The position numbers and the translations under genes are program-made. The notes below the pieces were generated by a model. It was not told the origin of the DNA and did not search any database. It saw nothing but the letters and a program-made list of their open reading frames with translations. From a virus (taxonomy: Duplodnaviria > Caudoviricetes), in the IMG/VR virus record IMGVR_UViG_3300030392_001226, positions 1 to 29,162 of that record: a stretch of DNA of 29,162 bases; one strand, written 5' to 3'. Every line of letters begins with the position of its first letter. Position 1 is the stretch's first letter. Shown piece after piece: positions 23,203 through 29,162 of the stretch.

Positions 23203-25290
23203 ATGGCTGATCAAAGAGCATTAATAAGAGTTGAAGTAGACGGCAAACGAGCTAAAAAAGAAATTCAGCTTGTTAAGAAAGCTTGGATTGATCTTGATGC
23301 AACTTTTAAACGAGTTGGTATGTCTGCACGAGATGCAGGGAGAATGGCAACACAGGAACTTGGTAAAAAAATAGATACCAAGGGGCGAGGAAGTAGGTTG
23401 CAAGGAAGGGTAGGAAGGGGAGAGGTAGCCTCAGTTTCTACTTTAACTAAAGAGTGGGGGATGACGGGAACGCAAGCGGCAGGGATGGGACAGAGAGGGG
23501 CTGCAGAAGATACTGCCAGAACTGAAAAACTTGTTGCGCAGAGACAGAAAGTTACTTCAGCTATTCAAAAGCAGTTAAGAGTTTCTGAACAATTAAGACG
23601 ACTTGAATCTGAACTTGGACATAATGCAGGGATAACAACTGTACAGGTTATCAAGCAAAGAGATGCTATTGATGGTCTTACAGCTAGTCTCCATAAAGCT
23701 AGAAGAGCTAAAGCTATAACTGCAAAAGAAGCCAGGAATCTCAGTAATGAGATGAAAAATGAAACTAATAATCTGCGAATGCTTCAGCCCGAAGTTGAGA
23801 AGTATAACCAGAAAATGAGATTCATGGGTGGAGCTGGTGTGACAGCGCAGAAAGGAATTAGAAATGTAGGAGCGGCTGCTCAGGGTTCTATGCTTGCAAT
23901 GTCTGCTATGAATGGAGATGTTCTAGGTCTGGCATTCTCGTTAATCTTCTTGCAGTTTGCGGCAAACATTCCTGTAGCTCTCGGCTTTGGAGCAATAGCT
24001 TTAGCAGGTGCATTAGCATTTAAAAGAATTAAAGGAGTCTTAGCAGAAAGACGCGAAGTAGAAAAAATGGGTAATGCCTTCTATATTGTTACTCGATCTA
24101 CTCAAGCTATGGGTATTGCTACACAGAAAGCTGAAGCTATCACAAAGGGTTTATCTTTAGGGACAAAAGTTCAAGAAGAAGCTGATAAAGCATTAATAGC
24201 AACTCAACAGAATCTTAGAGCTAATGGAATTGAACCAACAAGTGACGCTTTAAGGGTTGCATTAAATGCTTTCTTAATTGCCAAGGCAGGTGGAGAAGAA
24301 TATGAAGCTGCCCTAGAATCAACACTACAAGCTACAAATGATTTTGCCACTAATGGTATTCCTAAACTTGGTAGTGTAGGAATGACTATGGAAGAAATGA
24401 ATGCTAGGGGGAGTGCAGCTCTAGCAATTCTTACTAGAAGCTTAGTAGCCCAAGACGTACCAATGGCTCATTTAGTTGAACAGGCAGACACAATGGGCAT
24501 TGAAGTTAAAAAATCCTATCGAGAAGCGGGTAAAGCAGGTGAAACTTTAGGCGATGTTCAAGATAATTTAATAGGACAGATTGATGACGGTAATGTAATG
24601 GCTCTCAAGTGGATGAAAACTTTAGAAAATTGGGGTAACGAGGTACTAGCTAATGCAGGAGATCATAAAGAAGCTTCTGTCAGAATAGATGAAGCATTTG
24701 ATCTTGTTGGACAAAAATCATCAGAAGAATTTGGTAAAGGAGGAAGGGTAGCTGTTGCATGGGATAACTTTAATGCACAGTTGACTGAATCTATTTCACA
24801 AGCCGGTAATATGGAAGATGGGATTAAGAATTTGGCTGATGAATCTTCAAGGTCAGCTAAAGCAGGTGGGTTAATTGAGTTAGAAGAAAGGCTATTAAAT
24901 ATTGCTAATAATGCAAAGTTCTTAAATGAACAAGCTGCTCTTGCAGGCCCACAAACACTAATAGCGGCTATTAGTGGTGCTAGTGGGGATATGGAATTAG
25001 ATGCGTTGAAGAGTAAACTCGCAGAAGAAAAAGCAAGTTCTACTATCATTAAATCCCTAACTCCTGATTACCAAACCGACTCGTTGACTCTATCTAATAG
25101 CGATATGGCGATAGATGCATTAGCAAGTCAAATGTATGAGAAGGACACAATGCTGGGTAGTACTCAGATTATTAATATTAATGTAACTGGAAACACAGTT
25201 GGAGATGACGAAGAGTTAGCAACAGTTATCGCTAACAAGACATCGAATCAAACTCATATGGGATGGGGTGAGGTAATCTTTAATACTTAA
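23203..25290 (+). CDS. Tape measure protein
   Basis: 695 aa, Ala/Gly-rich and helical, with a hydrophobic central segment and a C-terminal IININVTG motif. Confidence 0.85.
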   Translation: MADQRALIRVEVDGKRAKKEIQLVKKAWIDLDATFKRVGMSARDAGRMATQELGKKIDTKGRGSRLQGRVGRGEVASVSTLTKEWGMTGTQAAGMGQRGAAEDTARTEKLVAQRQKVTSAIQKQLRVSEQLRRLESELGHNAGITTVQVIKQRDAIDGLTASLHKARRAKAITAKEARNLSNEMKNETNNLRMLQPEVEKYNQKMRFMGGAGVTAQKGIRNVGAAAQGSMLAMSAMNGDVLGLAFSLIFLQFAANIPVALGFGAIALAGALAFKRIKGVLAERREVEKMGNAFYIVTRSTQAMGIATQKAEAITKGLSLGTKVQEEADKALIATQQNLRANGIEPTSDALRVALNAFLIAKAGGEEYEAALESTLQATNDFATNGIPKLGSVGMTMEEMNARGSAALAILTRSLVAQDVPMAHLVEQADTMGIEVKKSYREAGKAGETLGDVQDNLIGQIDDGNVMALKWMKTLENWGNEVLANAGDHKEASVRIDEAFDLVGQKSSEEFGKGGRVAVAWDNFNAQLTESISQAGNMEDGIKNLADESSRSAKAGGLIELEERLLNIANNAKFLNEQAALAGPQTLIAAISGASGDMELDALKSKLAEEKASSTIIKSLTPDYQTDSLTLSNSDMAIDALASQMYEKDTMLGSTQIININVTGNTVGDDEELATVIANKTSNQTHMGWGEVIFNT

Positions 25291-25299
25291 GGAACCCTA

Positions 25300-26748
25300 A
25301 TGGCTTTTACTGTTACATTACAAAACCTAGATATAACAGAGCATGTTGATTTTCAATCTGTTGCTATTACTGACACTATGGAAGTAACTGGCGACACAAT
25401 GAATATGACAATTTATTCTTTTAATAATGAAGTTAATCCCGCTGTTGGTAATGAAGTAATTCTTACAGATACAGAAACAGGAGTAAAGGAATTTGGAGGA
25501 ATACTTACTCAACTGAATAGAGAAATGGGAGAAACCTTTTTAGTTATTTATAGCTGTACTGTTACTGACTATAGCTTTTTGTTAGATAGAAGATATCTCA
25601 ATAAAGTTTATGCAACTAAAGCAGTTTCTAATGGTGCAAACGATAGCATGGTTGAAGACATCCTTGCTGATCTCAAGAATGCATCTGATGGCGATACGGC
25701 AGGTGGTGATCAATTCTATACAGACTTTTATAATAATTTGCATTTAAATCAAGTTTCTATTGGGCCTGAAATTCGACAGCAAATTTTCCAACATGTCTTA
25801 CCTTCTCAAGCATTAAGTTCTCTAGCAGGGGCTACTGCTATGATCTGGTGGATAGACTTTGATAAGAAAATTAATTTTCGACATATGACTCAAAATCATG
25901 CTACGCATCTTCCCTTAAGATTTGGAGATTACTCTATTTACGTAGAAGGAGATGTTACAAATTTTTATGATCTACGCCTAGAAGAAACTATTCAAGGAAT
26001 AGGTACTAAGGCAATTATTAAAGATGCTATTATAAAAAGTCTTGCAGTTTTTCCTGATGAATTTGAAGTTAGTGCGCGTGAGGCAAGTGGAGGTAAAATT
26101 TGTAAATTAACTAAACGTCCTTTTTCAGAACTTGATATTACTTCTGTTGTAATAGAAAGGAGTTCTGTTGATGTGGCAACTCTTACACAAGCTCTTGATG
26201 ATATAGCTAGAGATGCAGATGATTTTACATCGAGTGCTACTAATGGAACACACTTTGCCTTTGTTTATGTAGGTAGGCAGGGACAGAATAATGCTTATGT
26301 TCGTATATGTCCTGATGCTATACAAACAGGCGATATAATTAAAATAAATTATAATTACTCTGCCAATGATGATCATGAGAATATTGATGTAGGACAGGTA
26401 GAAACCTTATCTGAAGTTACAGGAGGAGATGGGTTCCATGAATTTGTTTTCTCTCAAGGTTCAGAAATAGCTGTTACTGGATTAGAAGCTATTGATGATA
26501 TTGCTCAAATAATATTAGATAGAAAGAGTAAAATTATGAGAAGAGGATCTTTTAATTCGTTTACTAAGGGTTGGCAAGCAGGGCAAATCTTTTATCTTAA
26601 ATGGGAACAGGAAGGAATTGATGAAGCAATGTGGGTAATCAATCTAGCTAAACGAATACTAACACCTGCTGATGATGCCAGTATCTCAGATAATGTTATG
26701 GAAACAACAGTTACATTTGCAAATATACCAAGAGGACTAAGACTCTAA
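25300..26748 (+). CDS. Tail tip / hub protein
   Basis: Follows the tape measure gene; GNEVILTD...FGG, WWIDFDKKINF and GW.AGQ hub-like patterns. Confidence 0.7.
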   Translation: MAFTVTLQNLDITEHVDFQSVAITDTMEVTGDTMNMTIYSFNNEVNPAVGNEVILTDTETGVKEFGGILTQLNREMGETFLVIYSCTVTDYSFLLDRRYLNKVYATKAVSNGANDSMVEDILADLKNASDGDTAGGDQFYTDFYNNLHLNQVSIGPEIRQQIFQHVLPSQALSSLAGATAMIWWIDFDKKINFRHMTQNHATHLPLRFGDYSIYVEGDVTNFYDLRLEETIQGIGTKAIIKDAIIKSLAVFPDEFEVSAREASGGKICKLTKRPFSELDITSVVIERSSVDVATLTQALDDIARDADDFTSSATNGTHFAFVYVGRQGQNNAYVRICPDAIQTGDIIKINYNYSANDDHENIDVGQVETLSEVTGGDGFHEFVFSQGSEIAVTGLEAIDDIAQIILDRKSKIMRRGSFNSFTKGWQAGQIFYLKWEQEGIDEAMWVINLAKRILTPADDASISDNVMETTVTFANIPRGLRL

Positions 26749-27020
26749 TGGCAAACGGAAATATATCTCAGGTCGAATCCTTATCTAAGGTTATTGCTAA
26801 TATCTACACAGAAGTATTTGCGAGAAAGCCAGCTAACCCAAATACTCCGATTAACAGAACCCAACATCTTAGAAAAGATTTAGTCTTTCGTGATGACACT
26901 AAGATTAGAGAGATTACTATTGGTTCTATTACATTTGTATGGGGGCCAGGGGGGAAGAGTGACGAAACTAGCGGAACTCCACAGTCTGTAAGGTGGGGCT
27001 TCACAGGACAATGGGCATGA
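26748..27020 (+). CDS. Small tail-associated protein
   Basis: Translationally coupled on both sides (TAATG, ATGA). Confidence 0.65.
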   Translation: MANGNISQVESLSKVIANIYTEVFARKPANPNTPINRTQHLRKDLVFRDDTKIREITIGSITFVWGPGGKSDETSGTPQSVRWGFTGQWA

Positions 27021-27883
27021 GCAGAGAAAATTTTATCGACCCATTTGAAGTAAAAGGTTACGTTCACTGGGAGGTAACAGACGAGAAAGATAAGGTATTA
27101 AGACGTGGAGAAGGACAAGGTTCTCGATGGATTACTTGGTTGCCTTATTTCATGCGAAAACACGTTCCTTATGGCAAACGTAATGCTGTAGTTAATACAG
27201 CTAGATCACAGCTTGCAGAGCTATTAAAAGGGACATCTGTAACTGTACCTAGTTATGTTGGTGTAGGAACTGGAACAAATACAGTGGCAGCAGCAGATAC
27301 CGCACTACAAACTGCTGTTCCTTACACTGGTGGTTCGGCAACAGCAAAGGCTGTAACTTCCAGAACTATTTTAGATCAGTATACTTGTAGGTACATTACT
27401 TCATTTGGTACAAGTGAAATAACTACTAGTAGTAGTGATGTAACTATAAGAGAATTAGGACTGTTCACTACTTCTTCTGTTACCAGTAATATGTGGGCTA
27501 GAGTTAATGTTAATGTTACAAAAGCAAATACAGAAAAACTTAATATCTATTGGTATGTTGTATTTGAGAGGAGGACAGGATTGGCTATTAAATCTGGAGC
27601 GAGTATAGCAACAACAGGAAATGTATCGGCGAATACAACGTCAACACTCACTTTTGCTACTCCTGTAACTGTTGTTCTACTCCATAATGATTCAGGTCAG
27701 AAATGTTGGTATAAATTCAACGAAGCTCTGGCAGGTTCTCCACCTACTAATTTTGATATTGTTTTAGAGGATGGGCAGAGTTGGGCAATGTCTGAAGAAG
27801 AGATAGAGATTGTCACTGTTCATGTTTATGTAAATGCCGCTATAACAATGCCTAGTAATACTTTCTCAGTTCGGGGGTGGTAA
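27017..27883 (+). CDS. Minor tail protein (fibre-attachment-like N-domain plus a C-terminal beta domain)
   Basis: ATG 27017 overlaps the previous TGA; NAVVN, YVGVGTG...DTAL, IRELGLF and MWAR motifs typical of tail-fibre base proteins. Confidence 0.75.
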   Translation: MSRENFIDPFEVKGYVHWEVTDEKDKVLRRGEGQGSRWITWLPYFMRKHVPYGKRNAVVNTARSQLAELLKGTSVTVPSYVGVGTGTNTVAAADTALQTAVPYTGGSATAKAVTSRTILDQYTCRYITSFGTSEITTSSSDVTIRELGLFTTSSVTSNMWARVNVNVTKANTEKLNIYWYVVFERRTGLAIKSGASIATTGNVSANTTSTLTFATPVTVVLLHNDSGQKCWYKFNEALAGSPPTNFDIVLEDGQSWAMSEEEIEIVTVHVYVNAAITMPSNTFSVRGW

Positions 27884-29162
27884 ATGGCAATCACACTATT
27901 ACCAAGAGTCTATCACCCTGCTGTTTTAACGGCAGGTACATTTGAGATAACTGGTACAGCTGGATTACATATTGATACCAGTTCCAGTGTTGATGATGTA
28001 AAGGTAACTTTTGCGATTGCAGGTGCAGATAAATTTATTACTGGAATAGATAACAGTGAGTCTGGTGATCCATATGTTTTTAGCCGAGGAACAGCTTTAG
28101 GTACTAATAATGTTTATAGCATTAATGGTAGCACTGGTGCGATAACCATACTGACAGCGACAGTTTTAAATGGCGCCTTGAGTGGAACGAGTTTTAAAGA
28201 TCAAAATGATATGTCTTCTAACTCGGATACTGCTGTGGCATCTCAGCAATCCATTAAAGCATATGTAGATGCTCAAGTTACTGCTCAAGACCTAGACCTT
28301 ACTTCTGATAGTGGAACAATAGATGTTGACCTAGATAGCGAAACTCTTAGTATTCTAGGAGGAACAGGATTAGATTCCTCTGCTACAGGAACAGCAGTAA
28401 CTCTTGCCATAGATGCTACTGTCGCAACTCTTTCTGGTTCTCAAACCTTAACTAATAAAACTCTCACTACTCCTATTATTGGTAGTTTCGCAGAAGCTAA
28501 TCACGATCACTCTGATGATGCAGGTGGAGCGAATATCGGTGTTGTTACTGGTACAAGCGGAACATTAACTGTTGCTAGAGGAGGAACTGGAGCAACATCG
28601 TTAATAGATGGAGGAATCTTACTAGGGTCAGGTACTGGTGCTGTTACTGCTATGGCGGTGCTTGGAGATGGGGTGATGATAGTTGGAGATGGAACTACTG
28701 ATCCTGTTGCCGAAAGCGGGACTGTTCTTAGAACTTCTATAGGAGTTGGTACAGGTGATAGTCCACAGTTTACTGGTATAGAACTTGGTCATGCAGATGA
28801 CACAACTTTAACGAGAGCCAGTGCAGGGAACGTTAATATTCAAGGCAATTTAGTCTATCGTGCAGGTGGAACAGATGTAGCTGTGGCAGATGGAGGTACA
28901 GGACAAAGTAATTTAACTAATCTGATTACACTTACTGACCATACAACAGGTAGTTATGTTGCTACGGTAACTGGTGGGACTGGAGTTGTTTCCAGTGCAG
29001 CTACGTCAGGAGAAGGAACTACCCATTCTCTTTCTATTGACCTAGATGAAGTGGGAGAAGTAGCAATAGCACATGGAGACTCTATTGTTTTCATGGATGC
29101 TACAGATAGTGATGCTACTAAAAAAGATACACTTGCAGACTTAGTTACACTTCTTGCAGGTG
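27884..29162 (+). CDS. Tail fibre protein (partial, runs off the window end)
   Basis: Not in the track. ATG 27884 reads MAITLLPRVY... and stays open to the end; G/T/S/A/D-rich with SQQSIKAYVD, QTLTNKTLT and repeated GGTG modules. Confidence 0.85.
   Translation, partial: MAITLLPRVYHPAVLTAGTFEITGTAGLHIDTSSSVDDVKVTFAIAGADKFITGIDNSESGDPYVFSRGTALGTNNVYSINGSTGAITILTATVLNGALSGTSFKDQNDMSSNSDTAVASQQSIKAYVDAQVTAQDLDLTSDSGTIDVDLDSETLSILGGTGLDSSATGTAVTLAIDATVATLSGSQTLTNKTLTTPIIGSFAEANHDHSDDAGGANIGVVTGTSGTLTVARGGTGATSLIDGGILLGSGTGAVTAMAVLGDGVMIVGDGTTDPVAESGTVLRTSIGVGTGDSPQFTGIELGHADDTTLTRASAGNVNIQGNLVYRAGGTDVAVADGGTGQSNLTNLITLTDHTTGSYVATVTGGTGVVSSAATSGEGTTHSLSIDLDEVGEVAIAHGDSIVFMDATDSDATKKDTLADLVTLLAG

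Noticed and set aside
1-29162. Stop-codon reassignment; CRISPR array, tRNA, integrase/att, RT/DGR
   Set aside because: Genes are intact in code 11 and TAA, TAG and TGA all serve as real stops. No regular repeat-spacer array, cloverleaf or relevant catalytic motifs were seen by eye.

Overview
AT-rich fragment of a tailed dsDNA phage (or prophage) genome, standard genetic code, with siphovirus-like organisation. A strand switch at about 9,384-9,525 separates two arms. The leftward arm (1-9,383) holds about 25 small, mostly uncharacterised genes, many of them Cys-rich, plus a full-length RuvB-family ATPase coupled to an HTH gene and two structured intergenic elements. The rightward arm holds two membrane genes, TerS, an SNase-like nuclease, a TM/coiled-coil gene, a TerL split into ATPase and nuclease genes, portal, a protease-scaffold-capsid polyprotein, head-tail genes, tail tube, an inserted MerR-like HTH gene, a -1 frameshifted tail chaperone, tape measure, tail-tip genes and a truncated tail fibre. 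No integrase, tRNA, CRISPR array, RT or endolysin was recognised. The most notable observations are: a ~160-nt candidate structured ncRNA (6001-6159); a RuvB with a remodelled RuvA-binding hairpin; the split terminase; a recurrent leaderless-promoter geometry, including an ATG-GAA-TAA minigene ahead of the capsid gene; internal in-frame starts in the capsid and tail-tip genes; and a double slippery site. All family calls come from motif recognition by eye, not from database searches.
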